A stretch of 64,000 bases of DNA from the human T2T-CHM13v2.0 reference genome, Homo sapiens, in assembly GCF_009914755.1 (NCBI RefSeq), contig NC_060940.1; one strand, 5' to 3'. The notes under the pieces are model-generated. The model was given only the letters and a program-made list of their open reading frames with translations. It made no database searches and was not told the origin of the DNA. Shown one piece after another: positions 1 through 15,969 of the stretch (position 1 is its first letter; each line of letters starts with the position of its first letter). Made by a program: the position numbers and the translations under genes.

Positions 1-388
1 TATAGTAATAATTATCAGAAACCATAAAGATCCTTTTGTTTTACTGTTTTGTAAAATTTTTTCTTTTTTTTTCTGATTACCACATAACTATCTAAAAATG
101 TCACATTTTGCTATTTATTAAATCTTTACAGAGTTAAAATCTTCCCTGAATGGGGACTTGCAATATTCATGATAATTTTAAATACTGTCTTAAATTAATT
201 GTTTTATTACTGTGTTTTGTAAACAAACCAAACTTATAAAATTGGTTTTATATTTTTTAGGTAAGATTGCTTAGTGATAAGAGTAATAATTTACAAAATT
301 TACAAAAATATTAAGGATATAGTATTTCCTTTTTGAAAAGGGTCTTCTCATATTGTATCCCTATCACTTCTAAGTTTATGATTTTATT

Positions 389-629
389 TTTCTTTCTTTC
401 TTTTTTTTGAGACAAAGTATGTCTCACTTTGTCACCCAGGCTGGAGTGCAGTGGCATGGTGCTGGCTCACTACAACCTCCACCTCCGTGCCTGGTTAATT
501 TGTATTTTTAGTAGAGACTGGATTTCACCATGTTGACCAGGCTCATCTGGAAATTCTCACCTCAAGTGCTCTGCCTGCTTTGGCCTCCCAAACTGCTGGG
601 ATTACAGGAGTGAGCTACCATTCCCGGCC
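389..629 (-). mobile_element. Alu (AluS-like) with an internal deletion of roughly 60 bp in the right arm
   Basis: Poly-T, then gagac..cacccaggctggagtgcagtggc..; jumps from 'acctccacctcc' directly to 'gtgcctggttaatt'; ends ccaccattcccggcc-like. Confidence 0.85.
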
Positions 630-899
630 AAATTTGTAATCTAATTAAAATATATATTCATAAATATAACTAGTAAATGTCAAGTTGTTGAAGTTAGTAA
701 GTAGCTATTTCTGCATTCAGTAGAAATAGTGTTCTTTGTGTCTATGTTTCTTTAAAATGAAAGACAGGGTGAAATTAGGATAGGAGAAAAACACAAAATA
801 ATGCTGATAGAGATTGTCTGTGGCACACAAGGTTACAAACATCTTAAAAACATACATAATAGTAAACCTCTGTGTCCTCGAACATCAGATTATTTTAAT

Positions 900-1700
900 C
901 TGTCAATAAATTTATTGGTTTCCAAGCTCTTTGTTCTTAGGGCAAATGAGAGGCCAGCTATGCAGATAAGTTGAGGAAGAGTATTCCAGAAAGGTAAGTC
1001 AGAACCTGCACAGGCCCTGAGGCATTATGTGCTTAGCAAATTCAAGGTACCCCATGAAGGGCCATAGCTTCAGTGTTGTGAATGAAGGGGAGACAGAAGA
1101 CAGAGGTGAAGTGTGTGGGGTTGGGGACTAGATCTTGTATTGTCTCATGAATGAATGTAAGGATTTGGGCTTTTACTCAAGGTGAAATGCTATCATTTGA
1201 GGTGTTTGGAACCAAGGAGTGATACGATCTGTCTTATGTCGTTAAAGGATTATGATGGCTGTGTTGAGAATACACTCTAGGCAACACGGACAAGGGGAAA
1301 ATGTTATAGAAAGACCAGCACGGAAGCTACTGCTCTAATAAAGACAAGATAATGGCAGAGAAAGATGGTGATAAATGGCTGTTGTATGCACATATCTTGA
1401 ATATGGAACTCATGGGATATTCTGATGGGTAAGCTGTAGGATGAAAAGAGTCAAGGTTGACTTCAAGGTTTTTGGTCTGAGGAAGTAAAGGACAAACCTG
1501 TTTGCTGGAGAGAAATATGGTGGGTGAAGCATGCTTGCAAGATGAAAGTGGGGGAGACCAGAAGTCTGAGAAGATGTTAAATATTCAGAAAGAGATGTTA
1601 CAAAATCAGTGGGATATAAGAGTTTCACATACAGGGAAGATGTTAGAATTGGGGATGGTGCAACTGATGTTTGAAGCCATGAGAAAGGAATAATGGGGAG
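900..1700 (-). mobile_element. L2 LINE fragment (3' region, antisense)
   Basis: L2-like phrases 'gagtattccagaaagg..tgcacagggccctgaggc', 'gtaaggatttgggcttttactc', 'tcaaggttgacttcaaggtttttggtctgag'. Boundaries approximate. Confidence 0.6.
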
Positions 1701-2386
1701 GAACCTCTTTAGAAAAAAATCACATTTATGCATTAGAAATGATGACATGGTCTTCTAATTGAGTCTTTGATGCCCTTTCTATGTAAAACCAACACTGAGA
1801 ATTTATCACTTCAAACTGTAGAGTGATGGTAGTGTGCTCTTAAATGTCTGCTATCAGGAACTCAATCCATTCATGGCAAGCATCACATGTACTTAGAATA
1901 ACTAGCAGTATACAATCTGTAATAACGGAACAAAATCAAGCAAAGGGGCCTGAGTAGAGAGTGAAGAGTCATTAGCTCCTGTTCCCACCAGCTAAGCTTG
2001 ATTTAGTCCAAACGCACAGTCAGTTCTTTGATGAATTTTCCTGTTTATACTTTTTTTGTTTGTTCTTTTTGGCATGTCATAATTTGCCTCAATTAAAGCA
2101 TGGTAACACTTGTAATAAAGGTATACGCATCATCCTAATAGAACTTGAAATGTGTTTATTCTTTTTTAACCTCGCTTAGCATTTAAGATTATTTCTTAAA
2201 AATAAGAAAACATGATATTAAGCTACATACACCATGCACAAAGCACCTGGTTAGATGGTATTCAAAAAATGTGCACATAGGTTAAAAACTGAGAAAACAT
2301 CTAGCAAGATATTCCAAAATCTGACAACTTATACAGTGTGTAATAAGAACACAGTTTAGTATTAGTGATTTTAATATTATGGAAGG

Positions 2387-2754
2387 TGATATGGTTGGCT
2401 CTGTGTCTCCACCCAAATCTCATCTTGAATTCTAATCCCTATAATCCCCATAATCCCTACATGTCAAGGCAGAGATATGTGGAGGTAATTGAACCATGGG
2501 GGTGGTTTCCCTCATGCTGTTCGTTACTTCTCACGAGATCTGATGGTTTTATAGAAGGCTCTCCCCACTTCATTCAGCACTTCTCCTTTCTGCTGCCTTG
2601 TAAAGAAGGTGCCTTCATTCCCCTTCACCTTCTGTCACAATTGTAAGTTTCCTGAGGCCTTCCCAGCCATGCTGAACTGTGAGTCAGTTAAACCTCTATA
2701 AATTACCCAGTCTCTGGCAGTTCTTTATAGCAGTATGAAAGTGAACTAATAAAG
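2387..2754 (+). mobile_element. MaLR solo LTR (THE1D/MSTA-like)
   Basis: Starts tgatatggttggctctgtgtctccacccaaatctcatcttgaatt; ends ..gttctttatagcagtatgaaagtgaactaata. Confidence 0.85.
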
Positions 2755-3221
2755 ATGGATTTTAAAATCTGTGTAATAAGTGGACATTTTGATTTTCTCT
2801 AGCGATCAATTAAATGCAAGTAGATCTGTAAGAGTTTTATGTTTTTTTCTGGGTACTCCAAGATTAAGATTAAGTTCCAGGTTCAGCTTTATGTTGCAGA
2901 AGAATATATAAAGCAGGCGAAATACTGAAAGACTTATGGTATCAACACAAATATGCCATTGCCCAAAATGTGTTTGTGTAGACTAAAGGTTGCATTGTAA
3001 ACTGGATGTTACAGTATTCCTGTTAAATCGCTGAGCAAGGCAGGGTGCTAGAGGGAAACCAGAAAAAAAAAAAACCTGGGTTTTATATGTTGTCCTTCCA
3101 TTGACAAACTCTATGACCTTGGACATCTTATACCTTAAAAGCTGGACACAAAGAGAATCTCAAACATCATGCATAGGGCTAGGGGTACATAATGGGTTCT
3201 ATTAAAAAAATAGCTGTTATT

Positions 3222-3525
3222 GCCTGGTGAGGTGGCTCATGCCTGTAATCCCAGCACTTTGAGAGGCTGAGGCGGGTGGATCACCTAACGTCAGGTGTTC
3301 AAGACGAGCCTGACCAACATGGCGAAACCCAGTCTCCACTAAAAATACAAAAATTAGCCAGGCGTGGTGATGCATGCCTGTAATCCTAGCTACTTGGGAG
3401 GCTAAGGCAGAGGAATTGGTTGAATCCGGGAGGCGTTGGTTGTAGTGAGCCAAGATTGTAATGTTGCACTCCAGCCTGGGAAATGGAGTGAGACTCCGTC
3501 TCAAAAAAAAAAAAAAAAAAAAAAA
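3222..3525 (+). mobile_element. Full-length Alu (AluS)
   Basis: ggtggctcatgcctgtaatcccagcactttg..., A-rich linker, right arm, long A tail. Confidence 0.92.
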
Positions 3526-4900
3526 CTGTCATTACAGTTGGTCATTTAAATTGAAAGCACCAGGCAACAGAAACTGCTGATTGAGTCACACATGGTAACA
3601 ACATGAGACAACAAATAGAAATCTCATGTTCTAAGAAGGGTGCCACATAAAGATAGATTTTAAATATGATGCATACTGGTCACATTATGTCTTGGGTGCA
3701 CAGACATGAACCATGTAACTTCTGTAAATGATCAGCCATTTTTTACACCATTTTTCCATAGCATTTGTTATAACCGTATGTTTCTAAGTAAAGTCAGTTT
3801 GTCTTAGATCTAAAGAAACTTGTTTTAGGGAAAGTCATTAAAATCTTTTCTAAAATCAAAACAAACTTCCAAAATAAGTTTCCATGCTCTGAAACTAAAG
3901 GCCAAGTATATCATGCAACAACTTTTCAGTAGCTCCAAACTCTCAATAGTCACTGCACTGTGTTAAAGCCATCCTGTCCCTCACAATGTTAGGTATTCAG
4001 GTATTAAAATCTGAATCGGAGTTGCCTCCTTAGTGCAGGAGGCAGTGCGTCAGTCTCATAAAATCTTAATTTGAAAATTTCTTTGTCATAACCACAATAC
4101 TGTTTAACATTGCAACAACTATTATTTCAGGAAGGCAATTTGCAGGACACATTTGAAATATATTACTCTAGAGAAAAGAGGAAAATAATTTGGGGAATGG
4201 CAAAGTAAAAGTAAAATCATTTCTTTAATATGTGGTGAGAAGAGTCATATACACACATACATGCTTCTAATATATGATAGAGAAGTATCTAATTTAATCT
4301 GGGAGCGTAGTAAAGTGGCAGGTTCTGTTCTTAGGAGACACCTCCTGCCTGTAGGTGGAATACATCGGTCCATCTGTCCTCCATCTCCAACCATGCAGGT
4401 ATGTCTGGTTCCTTGATTGGCTGACTGCACAACAAATAAGAATCTGATCTGCCTCATGAACAATTCCTGCTGTTTACAGCAGGTGCCAGTGCTTTATGAA
4501 GTGACACATGCTTCTTTCAAACAAAACAAACAATAATTTGTTTTGAAGTAATTCCAAACTTATGGAATAGTTACAAGGATAGTTACAAAATGTACAAAGT
4601 ACCTTTATTAGATTCACCAACTTTACACATTTTGCCATATTTACCCTTCCAATCTCTGTGTGTGTGTGTGTCCCTCTTTCTCTCTCTGTGTCTCACTCTT
4701 TCTCTCTCTAACTCTCGCTCTGTCCCTTTCTGTCTCCCTCTGTCTCTCTCTCCAACCAATACCTTAATGTTATTTTCTCAGAAGAAAATCAATCTCTTAC
4801 AATAACTGTACTACAACTTTCAAATTCACAAAATTTGATTTAATGCCTTAATCACATGGCAGCCTACCACACTTCAAATGTTGCCAGAGGTTCCAACAGG

Positions 4901-5051
4901 CTGTATTTCTCTTTATGCTGCATTCCTCTCTATGCTATATTTTTCTTGATGCTATTTCTTTTTATGGTGTATCTCTCTTTATGTTATATTTTTCTTTGTG
5001 CTATATTTCTCTCTATGCTATCTTTCTCTTTATGCGATATTTCTCTCTATG
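4901..5051. repeat. 17-bp minisatellite, about 9 copies (consensus CTATATTTCTCTCTATG)
   Basis: Units read directly: ctgtatttctctttatg/ctgcattcctctctatg/ctatatttttcttgatg/ctatttctttttatg/gtgtatctctctttatg/ttatatttttctttgtg/ctatatttctctctatg/ctatctttctctttatg/cgatatttctctctatg. Confidence 0.85.
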
Positions 5052-5713
5052 CCATGTTTATTTTTCTCCTGGCCAAGGATCCATCCCAGGCTCACACATG
5101 GCATTGGGTGGTTCTGCCTCCCTGCTCTTCTTTGATCTGGGTTGTTATTTATCTCTTCTTTATCTTTCACAGCATGAATATTTGTGAAGAGTGCAGGCTA
5201 TCACATGTGCCTCTTGAACTGAAGTTGCACCCAAGGACAATGTCACTCCACAACCTTAAATTCCTATGATTTATTCCTTCCTGGGAATTTCATTGCCATG
5301 ACAAGGGCTGGACTCTCCACTTCCACTTCACAAAAGAAAAGCCGTGTTGACTCTTAAGAAGCACAAAAAGTGTCAGGAGAGAGCTGCTGAGATGTTTCAA
5401 AAATGCATGTCCGTCCCTTGAATTTGGAGATAATTATGGAGAGAATGATGCGTAATTGTGGAGGTTACATTTCTTTTTTTTTTTTGTATCAGCCTTAACC
5501 TAGCCTACCCATCAGAGCAATGGGCACAAGCATGCATGCCCCAAATTAAGCCGGAGAGGAATGAAGCCAGCCCATGGGAAGAGGCAGAGGAAGGAAGGCA
5601 GGGCTGGATCAATGAGGGAGGATGGATGTCCCTCGTGATTATCCATGGAAGACATCCCCTCCAACCTCAGAGGAAGTGCTAATGCCAAGTCAAAAGCACT
5701 GTTTAGGAGTGCT

Positions 5714-5876
5714 GGCTTGGCGCAGTGGCTCTGCCTGCTATCCCAGTACTTTGGGAGGTCAAGGAGGGCGGATGACCTGTGGTTGGGAGTTCGAGTCTAG
5801 CCTGGCCAACGTGGTGAAACCCTGTCTCTACTAAAAGTATAAAAATTAGCCAGGCGTGGTGACAGTCGCCTGTAAT
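5714..5876 (+). mobile_element. 3'-truncated Alu (left arm, linker and start of right arm)
   Basis: ggcttggcgcagtggctc..tcccagtactttgggagg..aaaattagccaggcgtggtg..gcctgtaat, then non-Alu sequence. Confidence 0.8.
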
Positions 5877-8800
5877 GACTGCTACTTTGGGCCGTTCTAC
5901 TGAGGATCAGGGAAACAAACTGGTGCATTATGAATGGTCCTTTCCCTCGGAATGCCAAGGACGAAACCGCCAAATTTTTATTTACATTTCAAAAGGAAAT
6001 TATTATTATCTTAATAGGTGCAATGTTTCCTTATTTTCAAACAAGGTTCTTAATGTTGACTTAAAATAGATTTTATGGTAATTTCTTATTACAAAGTAAT
6101 ACATGCACAGAAAAAGTTGGAAAATGCAAATAAAAATATGGAATATATTTTAACATCTTTTATATTTTAATATATTTACTATATTATATATTTCTACAAC
6201 CTAAAAAATTACAGTTAACATCTCAGCATATCACCTTTTTCTACATACATGTGAATGTAATTTTTATTCAAATATGACAAAATACTATATCACTGTTTTT
6301 GTTCGCTTTTTTCATTTTACATATTTGAATATTTTTTCTATGTTAGTAAACATTCTTCAGAATGCTTTTTCTGGCTGAAGAGTTTTCTATTTTGTAACTC
6401 TGCCACAATTAACTTAATCTGTCTTTTTTGTTGGGAATTTAGGATATTTCTAGTTTTTGTTAATGGTATAACAGAAATTGCAAAAATATAATATGACTAC
6501 TGTTTTCTAAATCCCTGTCATTATTTTTATGGTACTTTTGGACAATAGAATTTATAAGTCAAGAGTTAAAGGAAAACATTTAGAAGATCGTAATATTTAT
6601 ATCTAACTTGCCCTATGTATATAAAAACATTTTTTAAACAATGGAGTTATTCTTCTTGTAGTCCAATATCATTTTAATAGACATCTTTGTTTTGGTATGT
6701 TTTTGTATTTTTCTTAAGTTTTCTTAAAATAACCTAACTTTTGTCTCCAGATGCCAGCAACTTCTGTGTGCCTTGCAGAGACAAATAAAATTCTTTCAAA
6801 GGCAATGTCCTAGTCTGTACTGTCTCAATAACTCCCTGTGATTTCTACAAATGCAGAAGGCTGACTCTTTCCATGGTATCTTCCGCTGCTCCACCTCTGA
6901 ACACAGCCTCCCCCATTTCTTCCACTTCCTTACTTGCAGTAAGTAAATGTCCCCTTTGTGATTTGCTGTCTTTCCCCTTCCTCTGAGACCAGAAGGTACA
7001 CAGAGACTTGAAGCTCAGCTTCAACCTCAATCTGGCTAATCACAATGTTTTCTCAATTAGGATAGGTCCTTGCTCAGAATGTTTCTATTGCAGCTGCTGA
7101 GAGAACACAGTTATGGGCCTGGAGGGAAACAAACTGGCAGGATTTCTTTCTTAGAACCATGTCTCAGGGACCACAATCCACATGCACAGAATCACTCCAA
7201 GACTCAGCTGCTGTGTGTCTGTTTCTCCTTCACTACTACTGAGTGCTCAAGACTCAGGTGAATGGTGGGAAGAGGTAGGATTTTCTTCATAGTGTCTGTG
7301 ATTCTCTCATAATTTTATTTTTACTTCTCACTGAATTATGACTAATTCATATGAATTTCCAGATAAAATATAAATGTTATTAATGTTATGAGCACACAAA
7401 TTTACATATTCACGTAATGAAATTTGTGATTTTATAATATTTGAATTGAAACTTTACTAAGCTATTTTTGATTACAATAAATTAGTACAACAAAGTATTT
7501 TATGTATTTATGAAGAATTCTATCTTTCAACACACAACAAATGGAACTAATTTAGAATAATTTAATCATATATCTTTTTTAAAGTTTAGAGATACTTCAA
7601 TATATTTTAATACTTTTAACACTACTTAAATAATGATGTCATAACATAAAATATTTTCAACATTTCACAATACCAATAATTTAGCAGACGACCATAGAAA
7701 ACATTATGTTTTATTGGATTATAGTAACTGCTACTAGAGGGATTTTTTCTTGATAACACAAACTATCTGGCACCATCTTTTTTGTTACGTATTAAAACTC
7801 AATAGTGTGAGTGACCAACTTACATGAACAGAGGCTGGGAATATCGAGTACAATTTCAAATATGCCTTTAAATTTAGTTCAATATTTAGATTTTCAAAAT
7901 GATCTGAAACATATAAGATGTGTGTATTCACTTGTATAAGATTGTTTAGTTAGGAGAGAATAATAATGTGTCAAGTGAATAATTTAGCATTCCCTTATTA
8001 CTAGAAAATCTTCTAAATTTAGTATCTCTTTTTATTCTTCTGAAAGTTTAAACTGTATTTAGCTCTATTAAACATATAGTCACAAAAAGTGACAAGTAAT
8101 TTTTAACTCAATTGTTGAAATTCACAAGTGAACATTTTCTGTATTTAATAAGGTTAATGCCTTTTAGTGTCTATGTATCTTTAAAATGAAAGACAGAGAG
8201 AATGAAACCAAGAAACTGTTGAAAACAGAAGAAACAAAATGACAATGACAGAAATTGTCCATTTTTGACTCACAAGGGCATGAAAGCCTTAAGAAATTTG
8301 ATCAGTAGCAAACTTTTCTATATCTGTACCATAAGATAATTTTAAGTTTTTCTTAAATGAGTTCACGTTAAAAGCCCTGTACTTCATGTAGAAGAGGAAG
8401 ATGTCTGAAAAGATGGGTCTTAATTGATCCTAATTGTTCCTGATGAGGGTACCTCAGCAGAAGGACATGCCCTCCATTTCCTTCTTAATACAATATTTGA
8501 CACAATTAATATGAGCATAATTTTTCTGTTACTCTGATGCACAGGGATATGATGGTAAAATACCTCGAAAGCATTTAGGAAAAAAGTCCTATATTTTGCT
8601 CAAAATTTTAGAGTTTGGTAATCAGAAAAATATGCACTGGCAGACATAATTTTATGATTTCCAAAAAGTTATAGCTCAGAATTAGTGATCGAGCCCCGTC
8701 CGGGTGGTTTTTTTGTTTCCTACCTCTGCAGTGACACTGTCTTTTCCCATGTTTTTTTCTCAGATGAGGTGAAAATAAAATGTCTTGAGATTGTGAATAT

Positions 8801-9837
8801 CTGCACTTGTAAGCACTGTGCTACCATCTGCACTCTTTGCTAATCTAAATTACAATAGAATAGTAGATGCATTCTAGTTTCATCTCTCAATGGTATCTGG
8901 AACTTGCCAAAATTATTCTTTTGTCACGTGTACATTACACAAAAGATTTTTATAAAATTGTTTTAGCTGGAAAAGATGACTCCCTTTTCTGATGTTGCCA
9001 GCTGTGTTTGTCAGTTTACCAACTATTGCCACTGAATAAAAAGACCTACTGCCCTGCCAACTAGGCCATGTGCAATTCTCATAATTACTTCATTCTTTAC
9101 AATCATAGTTGATGGCCAGTAATATGTTTTAGGACACTGTTCATAGAATATGGTGAAATTGATGAGAATATGACACTTTTGATTATTAAACTAGTAAAAA
9201 TAAAGCAAGGTGTTATTTATTTTCTGATATGGATTTTTATGCTTAAATATATGTCAGAAAGAATGTAAAAAAACTATTAAAACATATCATTAAGAAAATA
9301 ATACAATTCTAAATAGTAAATATTATTATAATAATGAAAAAATAGATTTAATCAAACTTTTTCTTGTCCAAAATAGTATATTCTGTAATGCAAAATAGTG
9401 ACAGGTTTGTGAATAGCTTCTTTCTCTAATGACAATCTTTTTTTCTGATGTCTGATCAAGCCCGTTGATTTTATAATCAGCCTTTGGTTACTGGTCCATT
9501 GAAAGGTGTTGTTTTCCCTAATATCCATGATTGTGCATATCCTTTGGGGCTTACAGTATTAAGAATATCCTGAGATTAAAGTGAGAATAATGAAGATGAA
9601 CTTTATCTGTATTATCTGTCTTCTGAGAGGCTTCACCCTCAAACCAAAGGCAAGCTGGTTGCCAGATCTCATACTGAGTGCTCAGATTTGCATTTGGATT
9701 TCTAAGTGTGTACTGTGTCAAATAGGACCCAATTCTTACACTCAGATCAATCTATATGACCTCATGGATTTTCTTCTTCTATTTAATTTCTCTCAGCAGT
9801 ATACCATGTTTTCAGATCTCATGATTATTTTATGTTG

Positions 9838-10045
9838 GAATTGCCAGACTCAGCAAATAAAAATACAGAGCATACAGTTAAGTTTAATATTCAGAAAGAA
9901 AACAAATAACTTTTTAATATAACTATAAAACACTTGTATATAGTATTTCTATGCATAACTATTATTATACATTATATATATACACTCACATTTTACTTAT
10001 GTGAAATTCATATTTAATACTCTTGTACTTTATCTGTTGATCTCA
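9838..10045. mobile_element. MER53-like hAT DNA transposon (MITE)
   Basis: ttgccagactcagcaaataaaaatacag..cagttaagtttaatattcaga, mirrored at the right end by ..tgtgaaattcatatttaatactcttgtactttatctg. Confidence 0.55.
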
Positions 10046-11239
10046 ATCCACAAGAACCATAGTCCTCCTCAGTGTCCGGGCTCAGCACCAATGACCTAGA
10101 GTCTCATTGAGTAGAAGGTCACATAATAGTGTGAGAGTCATTTACAGAGTGGGGGCATGAATGAAAAATGGTGAGATGGATGTCTTTGGGATAAAAAGAG
10201 AAAATATTAAAATTATTATTTATGTTACTTTTTCTGTTACATTTATTCTCTCTCTTTGTTAGATAACCTACAATACCTGAAGAATAATAATAAAAAGATC
10301 CTGGTACATAGTTATTAAATAATTCCATATATGTTAGTGATTCATACCCAAATTTTGCTTTACTTGTACTGGATTGTGAACCTTATAATGTGAAGATCAT
10401 TAAGACTTTCTGTCGATATTCTTCTGGTGTTTCTCCTGAGTGCAATATGGCAACAGATTCCAATTGAGTTGAGTGTGCAAATGTATATTGTTGAGAACTA
10501 TCAATTGGTTGGCTCTGTAAGTTGAAATAAATATATTTCTTTAATAGATTAAGTGCTTGGATAAAAAGTAAAAATTATTTGCTGCAATTTTTGTTATAAA
10601 CTCATAGACATCAGGTGGTCTTAGAGCAATGTCTACCTCAGCCATTATTTTCTGAGTATGAACCAAAAACACAGACTATCACATAATCTGCATTGCCTTA
10701 CATATTTACAATTAGAGACCAGTGTAGTTTTAAGTGACCTTGAAAACAATTGAGCACTTTTACATCGCAGAAGAAAAATAGAGTGCCTATAGATTTTGTT
10801 TCAGCATTATTACAGCTGAATTGTTCTACACCAGTATTGAATTGATTTAATAAAATAATAATGCCAGCATCCAGAGCAAATAACATGAGAACAATTTTTA
10901 AATTATTCAGTAAAATTTCAGAAAAATTATTTTGATACAGAGATCTTTCAATTAACATATGAAGAAATTTGCCTTTATTATTAAAGAGCAAAGTGTTTTT
11001 GAAGGCATAGGAGGGTATTCCTGTATTAAGTGAAGGCTCAAGAAAAAAATCTTCACATAAGCATTTTAATGTAAAATTATGATGCCATAAACTTGAGAAA
11101 TGTGTGGTTCGTTCTCTTGAAAATTGAAAGCAGAGTTTTTAGTAATTCCTTTCTGAGATGATGAGGGTTTAGATAAGGAGTATCATATTAAAACTAAGCT
11201 TCAAGAGAACCAGGACCATTTTGAAAAGATACAGTTAGT

Positions 11240-11460
11240 ACAGCAATGTTCACATCCTAAACCCCAGACTCTGTGAATATCTTAGCTAATATAACAAAGG
11301 AAAATTAAATACAGATGGTGTCAAGGTTAATAAGCATCTGCCTTCATGATAGATTATCTTCATCATTAGCAGAAGCCCTTTGCAATTAGAAGGGTACTTA
11401 AATATGAAAGAGGGAGGCAATAAGAAAAGTATTAGAGTGATGGGATATTGGATCGATTCA
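11240..11460 (+). mobile_element. MLT1 (MaLR) LTR fragment
   Basis: aatgttcacatcctaaaccccagactctgtgaatat..gattatc..agggtacttaaatatgaaagagggaggc. Confidence 0.55.
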
Positions 11461-11908
11461 ATGCAACTTTTTTCAAAAATACTATTGGTGATTCTTTTTC
11501 CATTAGCATAAAGTTTACCTCAGTTCAGTTATAAAAGCATCCATGATTTATTTTATATGCATGTTATTATGGGTGGTGAAAAGTAAACAAAAAATACAGA
11601 AAGTAAACAAATGCTTTTTGAGGAGTAGAGCCACAGGTACTCTATGAGTATAGATAATGTGCACCCTACATAGGTGTGATTGTGGATGTGTTGATATTTG
11701 ATATATGTATAAGTTATTTGTTGTAAAATATAATAGGCTGCATTTAAAAATTTTATATGAGATAGGGTTAATCAAGATAAATGGGTGAAATTAAAATGAT
11801 AAGGTTGGTAATAATTTTGACTATACAATAACTAACATTGATGATAAGAGGTCTATTGCTTTTTTTCAGGTATATAAAATATAATTCCTCTTCATCATTA
11901 AGACGACC

Positions 11909-12724
11909 ATGTTCCAGTTAAGGTACTACTAACAATTGCCCTTCTTTTTCAAGCTGGTATTGGACTCAGAGCCAACAACTTCCTCCTATTCTTCCAAATC
12001 TTCTCACTCCTTCAGGATCACAGGCCTAAGCCCACTGACCCCATCACCTGTCACCTGGCCCTTGTCCACTTAGGGATGCTCCTCATTGTGGTCTTCTTGG
12101 CATCTCCAGACCTGTTTGAGTCACTGTATTTTCAGAATGACTTCAAGTGTAAGGCATTCTTCTGCATGCACAGGGTGATGAGGAGCCTCTCCATCTGCAC
12201 CACCTGCCTCCTGAGCATGCTCCAGGCTGTCGCCATCAGCCCTGGCACCTCCTGGTCTGCAAGGATTAAACAGAAATTCAAAGGTTACATCTTTCACTCC
12301 TTCTTCTTCCTATGGGTTCTCAGTTTGTCTCTCAGTAGTAACCTGCTCTCCTCCACTGTGGCTTCTTCTAATGGGACCAAGACGGTTGTGCTAAGTATCA
12401 GTAAATACTGATCACTTTCTTCCATAAGCTACATTATCAGGAGCCTGTCTTTCATGCTGCCACTGCTTACGAATGTCTTCTTTGTAGCAATCATGCAGCC
12501 CTCAAGTGCATACATGGTAATTCTCTTGTTCAGGCATCAGAGACAATCCCAATACCTTCATAGAACCAACCTCTCTCCAAGAGCCTCCCCAGAGAAAAGG
12601 GGACCATCTTGTTGCTGGTGAGTTGCTTTCTGGTCATGTACTGGGGGGACCTTATTATCTCATCCTCCTCAACTCTATTATTGGCTTATGACTCAGTCAT
12701 TGTGAGCATGCAGAGGCTTCTGGG
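11909..12724 (+). pseudogene. Vomeronasal type-1 receptor (V1R/VN1R) pseudogene, 3'-truncated by L1
   Basis: Translates as IALLFQAGIGLRANNFLLFFQIF..HRPKPTDPITCHLALVH..DFKCK..RVMRSLSICTTCLLSMLQAVAISP..SKY*S..YMVILLFRHQRQSQYLHRTNLSPRASPEKR/TILLLVSCFLVMYW..RLLG, which are classic V1R motifs. Lesions: N-terminal frameshift, TGA at 12409 replacing the conserved Cys, frameshift near 12600. Acceptor ttttttcag at ~11869 precedes the single coding exon. Confidence 0.92.

Positions 12725-15969
<3,245 letters not shown>

Noticed and set aside
4901-5051. Periodic array as a CRISPR-like locus
   Set aside because: Contiguous tandem units with no spacers, in a primate context with no cas genes.
4856-5269. 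137-aa and 90-aa hydrophobic ORFs resembling membrane proteins
   Set aside because: They are products of the T-rich 17-bp minisatellite, with no other coding signal.
12076-12411. 111-aa ORF as a functional VN1R
   Set aside because: It is only a fragment between a frameshift and a premature TGA, and the 3' end of the gene is missing.
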